DNA from: Endomicrobiales bacterium
GTDB lineage: Bacteria; Elusimicrobiota; Endomicrobiia; Endomicrobiales; CAWCFT01
Assembly: GCA_963794945.1 (NCBI GenBank)
Contig: CAWCFT010000005.1
Span: 51,970-115,969 of the forward strand
Length of the DNA: 64,000 nucleotides
Reading direction: 5' to 3'
Shown in pieces: positions 21,415-32,661 of the stretch (position 1 is its first letter; every line of letters begins with the position of its first letter). The position numbers and the translations under genes were made by a program. The notes under the pieces are model-generated. The model ran no database searches. It was not told where the DNA came from and saw only the letters and a program-made list of their open reading frames with translations.

Positions 21415-22451
21415 GTTGTCAATACCTCACCGGGTTTGATTTTTTTCATGCAATCCGTTTCGCATTCGGTTTTGAAACAGCCTTTGCAGGGAATATCAGG
21501 TTCAACAATTTTCCCTAGCCCGTAAAGCTCAAACTCGTTTTTATTGAAAATATTATTAAATAGTACGATCTTTTTTTCAAGCCCGATCGCAATATGCATC
21601 GCCATAGATACAGAGGTTACGATCAAGTCGCATTTATCCATTAAGCTTGTAAATTTAGACAGCGGAAAAGTCCCAAAGTATTTTATCTTAGCCGCTTTGG
21701 CAATATTTCTATTTTTTTCGTGTTCTGCCTCCCCGCCAAGCGCGACAACTTCGCATCCATTTTTCTTAAGGCCCCGGGCCAGCTCTATCCAATATCTCTC
21801 CGGCCAAAGGCGAGTCTGCCACCTGGCTCCGCAGCCAGTGTTCAACCCAACTACCTTTTTGGCTTTGTTAAGAGGAAACTCACAGTCTTCGGGTTTGGGA
21901 AGTATATATTTTTCTTTGTTATATTTATAGCCGCATATTTCAAATATCTCTTCGGGGTAACTCTTTTTATTTGTCCTGTTCGCGTCATCCCAAATGCCGG
22001 TATGCCATTTACTAACTGCACTCTTATTTGCCGGGTAACATTTGCCGTCTTTTTGAATAAACCCGTATTTTACCTTAGCTTTAATCTTGCTTGCCAATGC
22101 TATGGCGCACCTGTCTTTATCAAGATTTAAAAGAAAATCAAAACTGTTCCTTTCAAGCCAGAGAACGCTATCCAGATCGTAATTAAGAACTATATCCACC
22201 ATATTCGGAACAAGCTTTGGATACTGTGTAAGCCATATTATCAACGCGCCAGGGTCATCCCCCTTAATTTTAGTTATTAGAGGAGTCGTTCTAATAACAT
22301 CCCCAGCGGCCCCCAGCTTAATTATCAAGTATTTCTTTGTAATTTTCTCATAATGAGCACAAGGTACGCATTTTTGTCCTGTTTGCTTGTGCCATTTACA
22401 GGGGATATCGCTTTTAAAATAACGGCAGTCCATTTGAACGTTGTTTTTCAT
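21390..22451 (-). CDS. Glycosyltransferase family 9 with Cys/His-rich N-terminus
   Basis: DCRYF..DIPCKWHK...C..C; IKLGAAGDVIRTTP; MHIAIG; PCKGCF. Confidence 0.82.
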   Translation of the reverse strand: MKNNVQMDCRYFKSDIPCKWHKQTGQKCVPCAHYEKITKKYLIIKLGAAGDVIRTTPLITKIKGDDPGALIIWLTQYPKLVPNMVDIVLNYDLDSVLWLERNSFDFLLNLDKDRCAIALASKIKAKVKYGFIQKDGKCYPANKSAVSKWHTGIWDDANRTNKKSYPEEIFEICGYKYNKEKYILPKPEDCEFPLNKAKKVVGLNTGCGARWQTRLWPERYWIELARGLKKNGCEVVALGGEAEHEKNRNIAKAAKIKYFGTFPLSKFTSLMDKCDLIVTSVSMAMHIAIGLEKKIVLFNNIFNKNEFELYGLGKIVEPDIPCKGCFKTECETDCMKKIKPGEVLTTCLALLNS

Positions 22452-22544
22452 TTCAGCACCTTCCCCTTTTATATTGTAAAATTAAACTGAAACCTGACTG
22501 CTATTCTCAGGCGCTTCATAAATTGCATTACAAAACCTGTTTAA

Positions 22545-23702
22545 CTATGTTTTTTGCGTCTGCACGTCAAGTATAGCCTGCCAAACCTCATCTGCGGATA
22601 TTTTATTCATACAACTGTCATTCATATGAGCGCATTGAAATTGTTTACACGGTGAACATTCCATTTTCTTATAAACGGCTATTGAAGGTTTACCGCAAGG
22701 GCCGAATTTATCCGGAGTATTTGGGCCGAACAACCCTACAGTAGGCACACTCAAAGCCGAAGCCAAATGCATAGGGCCGCTGTCATTTCCAATAAATATT
22801 CCTGCTTTGCTTATCAAAGCGGCTAACTGCCGAATATCAAGATCACCATTGGTAACTATAATATCAGACTTACTCATTTTCTCTATAGTATCACCGATCA
22901 CTTTTTCATCCCTGCTTCCAATTACAAACACTTTCCAGCCTTGCAGACTGAGCCTGTCCGCGATATCAGCGAAACGTTCCACACCCCACCTGCGATGAAC
23001 CCACGCGGCCCCTGGATGAATAACAGCTATTTTGTCATCGATGTTAATATCTTTACTTGTCAAATATTGCTGAATAAATTCAATCTCGTTTTTAGAACAA
23101 GTGTATTCCAACTGTTTGCTTAACAACTTAATTTTAAGCGGTGTTAAAATGCTTAAATACAGATCGACTTCATGCGCCATAGGCGCGCAACATTCCATTT
23201 TAAACAACTTGCCGATCAGCGACTGCCTTACCCTCAAGCTGCCTCTGCTGACCCTAATACGAGCGTCGCTTATGGCAGCATAAATATTACTTAATATATC
23301 ACCCCGCAGATCAACAATTAAATCATAATGCCTGAAGTTAATTTCATTTATCACATCACGCATCGAGCGCAGCGGCTTGTCTTGACTTTTTCCAGCTCCG
23401 GCAATTTTAGAATGATACACAACAATTTCGTCCACAGCGTTGTTGTTTTCCAGTATTGCCTTTCCCCACCCCCCAACCACAGCCGTAATATGCGCTTGAG
23501 GATAATTTAACCTGAGATTCTTAAATACCGGCGTTGCCAAAACAACATCGCCGAAATCGCTTAAAATAAAAACAATTATGCTTCCGATATTTGCAGTTTC
23601 ACTTTTATTACTATATTTAATTGCGTCAATTATAAAAGAAATCAATATTGAAATATTAATTATTACTCTTTTGATTATATACTCGAAATGCTTTTTTATC
23701 AT
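22545..23702 (-). CDS. Glycosyltransferase family 9 (heptosyltransferase-like)
   Basis: FGDVVLATP, IHPGA, GNDSGPMHLA, LFGP, CSPC. Confidence 0.9.
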   Translation of the reverse strand: MIKKHFEYIIKRVIINISILISFIIDAIKYSNKSETANIGSIIVFILSDFGDVVLATPVFKNLRLNYPQAHITAVVGGWGKAILENNNAVDEIVVYHSKIAGAGKSQDKPLRSMRDVINEINFRHYDLIVDLRGDILSNIYAAISDARIRVSRGSLRVRQSLIGKLFKMECCAPMAHEVDLYLSILTPLKIKLLSKQLEYTCSKNEIEFIQQYLTSKDINIDDKIAVIHPGAAWVHRRWGVERFADIADRLSLQGWKVFVIGSRDEKVIGDTIEKMSKSDIIVTNGDLDIRQLAALISKAGIFIGNDSGPMHLASALSVPTVGLFGPNTPDKFGPCGKPSIAVYKKMECSPCKQFQCAHMNDSCMNKISADEVWQAILDVQTQKT

Positions 23703-23720
23703 TTTATATTACTTAATGAA

Positions 23721-25106
23721 TTATGTGATATTTATAACGTTCGTTTTCACGCGGCAGTTATTAATATTCTGATATTTATTAACCCACAATGCTACGACAA
23801 TCCAATAATAAGCGCTCGTAATGTTTCCAAGGAAGACATGCTGCGCGATAAAACTGATTATCAACAATGCAGCTGTAAGCGAACAGAGCATTGCTGATTC
23901 ATAAAATAATGGGGTTCTATTTTTAGCCTCATAGAGTGATATTTTGAATGATTTAATAATAACAACTAACATCATCGATAAAAATATCAATCCGCCAATT
24001 ACACCAAGCTCTATAAACACCTGCATTATCCAGCTTTCAGGTATAAAATAGGCGTCGCTTTCAAACCTGCGCGCGAAACTAACAACACCTGTCCCTACCC
24101 CAAGGGGATGTATTTTTATCAATGCCAGTCCAGATTTGATACCATCAATATGCCCCTGGGCTGAACCCATTGAGTCGGACATAGTTACAATAGTACCAGC
24201 CCACTTAATTATTACGCTGTTATTACTATAAATACTCACTACCGCAAAGCCTAAAACGGAAGCAAGTATCAGCTTAAGCATAAAAAGAGAAACGCGCCTT
24301 CTTAAAAACACAATCAATGTCATAAAACCCAAGGCAAATAAAATACAGATAAGCCATGATGACCTTGTATACGTCAACAGCGCAGCGGAAACAATAATTA
24401 CTAATAAAATAATATTTTTCTTGAAGTTTTCCGGACCCTGTTCGATCAGTTTTTGAAATTGAATCGCGAATCCTATTGCCATAACGATCGCTACATCCCA
24501 GAAATTCAACAAGAAGGAATATATTTTCTTGAACGGCATTTCCCATCTTGAATACCCAGGAGCAAGAGGCAACATCATATCCCACAGAGGAGTGAAGTAT
24601 TGTATTACGCCAAATACGGCCACAGAAATGATTACCGCTATAATAGTATTTCTTATCAACTCTATCTCTTTATTCTGCCGCGCGACAAATCTTATGATAA
24701 AATAAGCGAAAATAAATCTTGTTTCGTAAAAAAAACCCATTAATGCCAGTTTAAAACTGCCATGTCCGGTAACAACAGGCTTTGCAAGTAATATCTCACC
24801 TTTGGAATACACAGCAAAACCAAATACAAATAATAACGAAATAAGCATATATGCTGCTGCGGCAATATCAATTGTAGTAAAGCGTATTGAATATTTTTTT
24901 CCTTTATAATATACAACAAGAAATGAAACCGCTACAATTATTTGCGATATAAATAAATAATCGCCAAATTCTGCCCTTGTGAGATTTTGAAGAGCATAAG
25001 CCCATAAAAGAATAACAAGAAATGCACCCTTATACCTATCATTCAATAGAACTACAGGCACCAATACTGCTAGAATGTATATCAATAACATCATTAATAT
25101 TTTCAT
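23721..25106 (-). CDS. O-antigen ligase/polymerase-like membrane protein
   Basis: Polytopic; LTYTRSSW, PLGVGTG, PESWIMQVFIELG. Confidence 0.78.
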   Translation of the reverse strand: MKILMMLLIYILAVLVPVVLLNDRYKGAFLVILLWAYALQNLTRAEFGDYLFISQIIVAVSFLVVYYKGKKYSIRFTTIDIAAAAYMLISLLFVFGFAVYSKGEILLAKPVVTGHGSFKLALMGFFYETRFIFAYFIIRFVARQNKEIELIRNTIIAVIISVAVFGVIQYFTPLWDMMLPLAPGYSRWEMPFKKIYSFLLNFWDVAIVMAIGFAIQFQKLIEQGPENFKKNIILLVIIVSAALLTYTRSSWLICILFALGFMTLIVFLRRRVSLFMLKLILASVLGFAVVSIYSNNSVIIKWAGTIVTMSDSMGSAQGHIDGIKSGLALIKIHPLGVGTGVVSFARRFESDAYFIPESWIMQVFIELGVIGGLIFLSMMLVVIIKSFKISLYEAKNRTPLFYESAMLCSLTAALLIISFIAQHVFLGNITSAYYWIVVALWVNKYQNINNCRVKTNVINIT

Positions 25107-25877
25107 TTAATTACTATTTTCCCGTGTTATACCATATAACTGAATATATATTAATAAATTATATATAAAACCCAACAGATTCCAGACAAGGCTGTTGATC
25201 CCGCCAAGGAACCCCAATCTTAATATATAATTTGAAATAAAACATTTAGTCGGCACAAAGAAAATTCCAACCAGCGTGAACCTTTTGCCCTTTTCATACA
25301 TCATTTTGGCTTCACGCAGAGTGTACATATTACATTTCCCTAACCAGCGACCTATACTGTCTACTGTATAATGATCAACCCAGCCATCCAGATCGCATAT
25401 TTTACTTTTCGGGATATCTTCTGACAAAACGATGTGAATATACCTTGTCCATCTAAATTTATTTCTCATAAACCGCATTTTCCTGTCGGGCCATTCTCTT
25501 CCAAAACGCATCCATTTTCCTAAGAAATAGTTTTTAATTTTTATAGTATATACTTCATAAATACTATCTCCGAGTTTTTGCTTAAGCGCTTCCAACTCTT
25601 TAATTAGTTTTGGAGAAGCTATTTCATCTGAATCAATATTGAATATCCATTCATTGCCACATAATCCTATAGCATAATTCCTATGTTCAGACTCATTTTC
25701 TCCCCACACTCTTTGGTAAACCCGCACTTTTGTGTATTTACAGCATATTTCAAGAGTTTTATCGCTACTGTAATCATCAACAACAATTACTTCGTCACTG
25801 AAAGAGTAAATTGATTCTATGACTCTCGCTAAGTATTTTTCGGAATTCTTTGTTAGGATATATGTAGATATTTGCAT
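25107..25877 (-). CDS. Glycosyltransferase family 2 (WaaE/KdtX-like)
   Basis: ILTKN, VVDDYSSDKT, IDSDE, WPD. Confidence 0.87.
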   Translation of the reverse strand: MQISTYILTKNSEKYLARVIESIYSFSDEVIVVDDYSSDKTLEICCKYTKVRVYQRVWGENESEHRNYAIGLCGNEWIFNIDSDEIASPKLIKELEALKQKLGDSIYEVYTIKIKNYFLGKWMRFGREWPDRKMRFMRNKFRWTRYIHIVLSEDIPKSKICDLDGWVDHYTVDSIGRWLGKCNMYTLREAKMMYEKGKRFTLVGIFFVPTKCFISNYILRLGFLGGINSLVWNLLGFIYNLLIYIQLYGITRENSN

Positions 25878-26568
25878 TTATTTTCTACCTAGCCCTGTAT
25901 TTGTTTGAGATAATTTACATCTTAAAAGCATATTTTTTACAAAGCACATTAGCATTCTATAGTTTTCTATATAAGCGCTTAATATTATTTAATAATTCGC
26001 GCGCGAAATACTCTCTAGGTGTTTCCACACCACTTTTTACACCCACACCGAGAACATGTATTTCAGAAACCCCGTTCCAGTAGTTCCTGACCTCAAATCG
26101 ATGAACTCCATAATTACTATTTTCAAAATTAGTATTCAATTGTTTAACTTCCCCCTCCGTGCCAAACAATTGGTTTTCCGCAATTAATGCGCCATCAGTA
26201 GCATCATATATATCCCACTTTCCAATTAATTGTTCTTTAGAAGCTGTGCTGCTATACTGCGTCATTGCTTTATAACAACCTCTTGATAACGAAATATATG
26301 GCCCATATGTCAAGTAACAAGCTGTATCTTTGCCTTGAACAGCGACTCTAACAGCCCCCAGTGCTTGGTTTTTTGACTGGGACGGAAGAAGATTCGCGGC
26401 AAACACTGTCTCCTGTGTTCCCTGATTGCCAATAAACCCTGATACGAAAATAAACACAAATACAACTATTGATAAAATGAAAATCCTTTTATCTGATAAT
26501 TTATAAGTTTTCCTGGCGGCTGCAAATCCGATCATAATTATAAATAATCAGACCTGTCCGGTTAAAAT

Positions 26569-26597
26569 TTGAATAAAATCCCCCGATCAGGTAGAAT
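26569..26597 (+). promoter_or_regulatory. Putative IS4 transposase promoter
   Basis: TTGAAT-17 bp-TAGAAT just inside the left IR, followed by a GGAGG RBS. Confidence 0.55.
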
Positions 26598-26639
26598 GTT
26601 TCTGCAAAGGAACAAATCTACTGACGGAGGATTGATAAG

Positions 26640-27806
26640 ATGCATTATAACACTATCATGAACCAATTGCAAACGTTTATTCCGAGACATCGTTTTGAAA
26701 ACCTCGTTTCTCGTCATTTCGGGGACAGATACGTCAAAACCTTCAATTGCTGGAAACAACTAACAGTCATGCTTTATGCCCAAATCAGCGGCAAGGACAG
26801 CTTGCGTGATATTGTTAATGCTTTTCTGGCGCAAGCCGGAAAGCTCTACCATGTCGGCCTTGCCATTGTGCGCCGTTCTACTCTTGCCGATGCCAACCAG
26901 AAACGCGACTACCGCATATATGAAGGGTTGTTTTATGCCTTGCTTGAACGCTGTAAGAATATAACCCCTACACACAAATTCAAGTTTAAAAACCCATTGT
27001 TCATTTTTGACGCCACAGTCATTGACTTGTGCCTGTCAATGTTTTCATGGGCAAAATTCCGCACTACCAAAGGGGCTATAAAACTGCATTGCCAGTTAGA
27101 CCATGCCGGGCAGATACCCACGTTCATGGTTGTCACAGATGCCAAAAAGCACGAAATAACCGTTGCCCGTTCTTCTTTTGACATTGTGCCGGACAGCATC
27201 TACTGCATGGACAAGGGCTATATAGACTTTGCCTGGTTTAATTCAATAGACACAGTAGGCGCTTTCTTCGTTACCAGAGCCAAAGACAACATCAATTACA
27301 CTGTTTCCGGACAGCATCCTGAATCATCAAAAAACAGCGTAATTTCAGATGAAATTATCGCCTTGAACGGCTTTTATCAGAAGCAGGATTATCCCAAAGA
27401 ACTGCGCTTGATCCGTTACTATGACAAGCAAACCGATAAACTGCTTGTTTTTATTACCAACAACTTCAAGCTTGCCGCTTCTACTATTGCTGGTATCTAT
27501 AAAGCCCGCTGGCAAGTTGAAGTCTTTTTCAAGTGGATCAAGCAGAACCTTAAAATCAAAACATTCTTTGGCACTTCAAAGAACGCTGTGCTTACGCAGA
27601 TCTGGATTGCCATGTGCTACTACTTGCTTCTGTCTTACATCAAATATCAGTCAAAATATAAATATTCACTGTTCTACCTGCACAAAGTCATTCAGGAAAC
27701 GCTTCTTGAACGCCTCAATCTCATTGACTTACTTAATTTGAATGATCGATTGCTGCCTAAAATCAAAAACACAGACCGCCAACTAACAATGGCGTTCGCT
27801 TTTTAA
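26640..27806 (+). CDS. IS4 transposase (DUF4372 + DDE)
   Basis: SLRDI, RSTLADAN, DATVIDL, DKGY, YKARWQVEVFFKWIKQ. Confidence 0.95.
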   Translation: MHYNTIMNQLQTFIPRHRFENLVSRHFGDRYVKTFNCWKQLTVMLYAQISGKDSLRDIVNAFLAQAGKLYHVGLAIVRRSTLADANQKRDYRIYEGLFYALLERCKNITPTHKFKFKNPLFIFDATVIDLCLSMFSWAKFRTTKGAIKLHCQLDHAGQIPTFMVVTDAKKHEITVARSSFDIVPDSIYCMDKGYIDFAWFNSIDTVGAFFVTRAKDNINYTVSGQHPESSKNSVISDEIIALNGFYQKQDYPKELRLIRYYDKQTDKLLVFITNNFKLAASTIAGIYKARWQVEVFFKWIKQNLKIKTFFGTSKNAVLTQIWIAMCYYLLLSYIKYQSKYKYSLFYLHKVIQETLLERLNLIDLLNLNDRLLPKIKNTDRQLTMAFAF

Positions 27807-29184
27807 CCGGACAGAAGTGATAAATAATATAACAGCACACCACGCATAGTTGGGGCCGTAACTAAATGCCCAATCAGCATTATAAAATGCCGGCAGCCAC
27901 GAATGGATCGGAAAATAAAATATAGAATAGTTAGCTAACCACGTAGCCGAGGTCTTATTATACAGATCAATATTTCCTAATAAATATTGGTATTGGAATA
28001 GGAAATATACCTGCAGCAAGATAGAAAAACCAGTAATTGTCCAAAATACTTTTTGATTTGCTTGCGCCAGCCTTATTAACCCGATTAAGGTTGGCAGAAA
28101 GAACACAATAACCGCTGACCAGCCAAATCTACCTGAAAAACTCCCGCCTCCATACCAATTTGTGTGCATGGCGTTTGGAACTATTAACGACAGGAACACT
28201 AGCAACCATATAACAGCTAATGTTCTTTTTTCTTTGAAAAGATTTCCAATATAAAACAAACCCACGAACATTACAGGGTTTTGGAACAACAAGCCTTGAT
28301 TTTGGTCAAAAAACAGCCCTAGCAACACCATTAATGAAGTTTTGCTCAATTCCAATGCTCCTGATTGATAAGGCCCTGACATATTTCCGAATGCATATTT
28401 GTTATATATAGCAAGGGCAATAAAAGATAATACCGCAGGAATAAATAATACTAATACACGCTTTATGCTTTTAGATTCATAAAATATTTTCAAAACAAGA
28501 GCAATAACCAGCAGTAAAGCCGCAGCCGCAAATTTTATCTGCAGCCATGGCAAAAACATAACAATAGATACCCAGATAGCTTCTATTATAAGCGTCCTAC
28601 TTATTTTTGTTGTTGCAAACCAATATAATGCACTCAACGCAATAATTCCTGCTAAAATATCGGGGTAAACCTGATTTGAACTCGGTACTAACGGCAGCCC
28701 TACACATAAAATGAGCGTAGAAAACAACCTGGTTTCCACATCTTCGCTGTATATGCCTGAAATATGCCAGACAATTACTATGGCTATTCCGCTTAGCAGT
28801 ACCATAATGACCTTCACCCCAATAACACCCCAAAGCATAAAAGGAAGAGATATAACAAGCGGAAGCCCTATATTATGTACATTGAATAGGCCGTGCGGCC
28901 CTTTGACTGCGTGAGTATTTTCTGGAGACGGGTTTGAGTTTGGAGTTGCTAAGCCGGTTGGATAAATTACTTTTGATCTAAATTCGTCCCTATATGGAAA
29001 AGTTTGTTCAAGAGAACCATATTTAGCTATGCCGCTTGCCATCACAAGATAATGGGGTTCATCACCATTAATAGGATTCTTGCCCATATTGTTCCAAATA
29101 AGATATGTAGACAGTGAAAATATGTAATAAACCATTAACAGCAACCCTAGAGCCACAGTGGTTCTTTTCATTATTATTCCCTGT

Positions 29185-30258
29185 TTAGAATGTTTTTCCA
29201 GCTAATTTTAAATATACAGAGCCTAATGTGGAAATACTTATTTTCTCATTATATTTCTGTCTTACAAAATTACCAATCCTTTCGCCATCCTTATTATCAA
29301 CCACTTTCATTATTCCGTTCTGAATACTTTTTAAGTTTCGAGGATTGCAATATACAGCATTATCGCCAAAATATTCCCTTACTGGCTTACAGTCTCCTAC
29401 AAGGATAGGTTTATTGAACACTGCAGCTTCCAAATTGGCAATGCCTGGCGTTTCAATAATACTCGGCATTACATGCGCCGCGCAATATTTATACGCTGAC
29501 TTCAGCAGGTTGGATTCCCTGTTTACATAGGGGATATGGACTATTGATTTTCGATTACTATCAATAAGCTTTCTTAACTCTTCATTTTCGGACCGCCTTC
29601 TAAATCTGTAATCTCCAATTAAAACAAGTTTTTTGTTTATTTTATCGGCCACATTTAAATAAGCCTGCACTAATTTAAAAGTATTTTTTCTGTCATCCAT
29701 AAAACCAACACATAACAAATATTCACCATCGAGTTTGTTCTGAGCTAAAAAGGCGTCATTAGCGCGGCTGCTCACGTGTTCACTAAAACCCTCTTCGACG
29801 AAATTGTAAACCACATTAAACTTGTTTTCAGTAATATTAAATATTTTAATTAGCTGGGATCGTTCCGCAATGCTATTTACCACGACCGCATCACAATTAT
29901 CATATATCATTTTTTTGTAGCTGAAGTAATTCGGGATTGGGATAATTTTTGATATTTTAGCCGCGAGTGACATACTGTTTTCATTTGGACAATAAAACGT
30001 CGGGCTTATAACTATCTTTGCTTTTTGATAATTAGCTTTTAGAACCCTTATCAAATCACAATACCAATTACTTTGGCCAAAAAGATGAACCACATCATAT
30101 GTATGCGCCTTCTCCCTATCCCACATGTCAATCATTTGAATATTTATGACATCTTTAAACATTTCATTCATATAATTGCGGTACGACAATAACTGTATTT
30201 CCATACCGCCAAACTGCAAACTAAAAGGATACGATGAAATGTATGCGATGTTTATCAC
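29185..30258 (-). CDS. Glycosyltransferase family 4
   Basis: GGMEIQ, RKN, ETPGIANLEAA. Confidence 0.83.
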   Translation of the reverse strand: MINIAYISSYPFSLQFGGMEIQLLSYRNYMNEMFKDVINIQMIDMWDREKAHTYDVVHLFGQSNWYCDLIRVLKANYQKAKIVISPTFYCPNENSMSLAAKISKIIPIPNYFSYKKMIYDNCDAVVVNSIAERSQLIKIFNITENKFNVVYNFVEEGFSEHVSSRANDAFLAQNKLDGEYLLCVGFMDDRKNTFKLVQAYLNVADKINKKLVLIGDYRFRRRSENEELRKLIDSNRKSIVHIPYVNRESNLLKSAYKYCAAHVMPSIIETPGIANLEAAVFNKPILVGDCKPVREYFGDNAVYCNPRNLKSIQNGIMKVVDNKDGERIGNFVRQKYNEKISISTLGSVYLKLAGKTF

Positions 30259-30260
30259 TG

Positions 30261-31502
30261 CTAAGACTCCAGGGCAAATATATCTTTAATCTGCCTTGCA
30301 ACATTATTTGGATCAAATATTGATCTTTTAGAGATTATGTTTTTACACTGTTCGCGGTATTTTTCTTCTGGAAACTTTTTAATGATTGCCCGAATCAGCT
30401 CTTTCATTTCCTGTAGATTATTACAAAGATAACCGATATCTCCCATCTCATTAAAATAATGTTCAATATATGTATTACGCAAAAATATTCCTGGTTTCAC
30501 AAACGAAAGCGTATCTATAAATGTTCCAGTCCCGGCCAACTTGCAGCGTTCAGGATCACCAGCCCATATAACATAAGTTACATTATTAACACGTGAACGA
30601 TATTCTTCTGATGTTAATGGTTTATACGACAAGCCTAACACAGCATCACCACTTCCTTGTTTTAAATACTTAAAATATCTTACAGAATTCTTGCTCGGAA
30701 ATATTCGCCTGATTATCCCGTGTTTGGAAGGATACAAATGTCCAACGAATTGAAACTCAGCATTACCCACATTATTATTGGTTGCAAATTCATTAGCCAA
30801 AGTTTCAAATCGCTCAAATCCCTTTAGATCAGAACCTAAAAACCCAAATCGTATCTTCTGCTTGATCTTATCCGTCATATTATTATCAGCAATATTAAAC
30901 CAGAAACTTGGGATGTCTATTGTAACGAACTGGTCTTTTAAATATCCGTTGTTTACCATTAATTGTTTATATATAGGCACACCGTGAATAATATAGCGTA
31001 GCTTATCAGGATGTGACAATTTTAAAACGCTTTTCAGTCCCAATACCATGTTCCATGGCTGCAATTTATACGATTTGTCAATTGAATTTAGCACGGCATG
31101 AAACACAACGAACACATTAACAGGCAACTTTTGCGCCTTCATTTGAATTTTTAGTGATAGAAGCGCAGTATTTGTTATAGAAAGAAATAGTATTGAATCA
31201 ACATTGTTTTCACATGCAAATTTGAAAACAGTTTTACAGCAATTATAATCGCGCGAGAGTCTTATCCAATTTGTAAGGCTTCCCTTAGGAATAGATATTT
31301 TCTTCCATTGTATTTTATCGCAAACTATACCCCTTTCTAGAAGGTATTTTCTAACGCACACCATATGCTCTTCTTCCGCAAGAAATATAATTTCAGTTGA
31401 GGGGAACGCCAGCATCACACTCCGCAATATAGCGGCATTAAATGGAGCATGTTCAAAACCAGCACATTGCAGTTCAACTAGCAGTATTTTATTGTAAATC
31501 AT
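30261..31502 (-). CDS. Putative divergent GT-B glycosyltransferase
   Basis: HAPFN start, FGFLG..KG, GTFID...KP; located in the glycan cluster. Confidence 0.55.
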   Translation of the reverse strand: MIYNKILLVELQCAGFEHAPFNAAILRSVMLAFPSTEIIFLAEEEHMVCVRKYLLERGIVCDKIQWKKISIPKGSLTNWIRLSRDYNCCKTVFKFACENNVDSILFLSITNTALLSLKIQMKAQKLPVNVFVVFHAVLNSIDKSYKLQPWNMVLGLKSVLKLSHPDKLRYIIHGVPIYKQLMVNNGYLKDQFVTIDIPSFWFNIADNNMTDKIKQKIRFGFLGSDLKGFERFETLANEFATNNNVGNAEFQFVGHLYPSKHGIIRRIFPSKNSVRYFKYLKQGSGDAVLGLSYKPLTSEEYRSRVNNVTYVIWAGDPERCKLAGTGTFIDTLSFVKPGIFLRNTYIEHYFNEMGDIGYLCNNLQEMKELIRAIIKKFPEEKYREQCKNIISKRSIFDPNNVARQIKDIFALES

Positions 31503-32611
31503 GATTTCTTCTGACGAATGTTTGACACTTGTTCAATGCCCTTTAGATATTTAACCGCCGAATCAGCCCAAGCAAATTTTTTTGCTTGTTTACGCCCCCA
31601 AACGAACATTTTTTTTCTCAATTCGATATTATTATATACTTGAATGACAGCACGAGACAAAGATTCTCTATTTCCAACTTCCGTATACAAAACTGCATCT
31701 TCACAAACTTCACGTATTGACCCAGCTTTTGTTGTAATTACTGGGCATCCCTGACCCATTGCTTCTAATGGTGGATAGCCAAATCCTTCATACCTGGAAG
31801 GATATACCAATGCCACAGCATTACGCAATAAACCAACTAATTCCTCGTCACTCACATAGCCTTTTAGCACAACTGCCCCACTACGTTTCGCTAATTCAAT
31901 ATCATTATCAAGTTTTGATGAAAGAAAATACGGCAATCCAACCACAACTAATGGTACGTTTACAATTTTTCTTGTATACAAATCATTATACATTGGAATT
32001 AGAATATCTAGTCCTTTTCTCCTTTCAAATCCACCAACATATATAAAATGTTTTTTGTTAGACACTTCGAATTGTGACTCTCTATATTCAGGCAACAGGC
32101 TGGCTGGATACACCACCAATGGCTCACTTTTTAGCATAAAGCTTTTTACTATATCGCATTTCGAAGCCTCAGAGTCAGTGACTATTAAATCTGAATTGTC
32201 TATATTCTCCTGAATATGTTTGCAATATGTCTTTTTAGTGCTCTCATTTTTAAAATACAGTTTCTCAAGAGCAAGCGGAATAACATCATGCAGGGTAAAC
32301 ACTACTGAACTATTCTCATATTTTCGAATCTTATCATTATGCGGAAGCGGGAAATGTATAATATCGGGGTTTTTATACTTATTATAAATAGTAAAAAGAG
32401 AGCTCCTCCATAAACTATCAGTAATAAATGGAGCCCACAGTTGAATATCCTTTATAGTCTCAGGTAATTTTTCTGAAAAGGGTCTTCTATGTAGTGCCTC
32501 AACAACAAGCGAAGGGTTATGCCGTGCACAGGCATCATAAAGCCCTATCGTTGCTCGTCCTACACCAGTTATCTTTCCCTGTAATACACTTGCCTCAAGT
32601 GATATATGCAT
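31499..32611 (-). CDS. Glycosyltransferase family 4 (mannosyl/rhamnosyltransferase-like)
   Basis: TGVGR, TLHDVIP, YPSRYEGFGYPPLEAM. Confidence 0.9.
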   Translation of the reverse strand: MHISLEASVLQGKITGVGRATIGLYDACARHNPSLVVEALHRRPFSEKLPETIKDIQLWAPFITDSLWRSSLFTIYNKYKNPDIIHFPLPHNDKIRKYENSSVVFTLHDVIPLALEKLYFKNESTKKTYCKHIQENIDNSDLIVTDSEASKCDIVKSFMLKSEPLVVYPASLLPEYRESQFEVSNKKHFIYVGGFERRKGLDILIPMYNDLYTRKIVNVPLVVVGLPYFLSSKLDNDIELAKRSGAVVLKGYVSDEELVGLLRNAVALVYPSRYEGFGYPPLEAMGQGCPVITTKAGSIREVCEDAVLYTEVGNRESLSRAVIQVYNNIELRKKMFVWGRKQAKKFAWADSAVKYLKGIEQVSNIRQKKS

Positions 32612-32661
32612 TTTTTTACGTAACCTTAAAAATCAACGAAATAATCAATTCTACTTATATG

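Larger units (their letters stand above)
26549..27819 (+). mobile_element. IS4-family insertion sequence, complete
   Basis: IRs CAGACCTGTCCGGTTAAAA / TTTTAACCGGACAGAAGTG; 9-bp target duplication ATAAATAAT at 26540-26548 and 27820-27828. Confidence 0.95.
25957..29171 (-). pseudogene. GT-C-like integral membrane glycosyltransferase (~644 aa) interrupted by IS4
   Basis: GDEPHY after TM1 and many TM helices (27783..29171); removing the IS plus one target copy gives an in-frame join ...AVILFIIMIGFAA... to 25957..26535. Confidence 0.82.
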
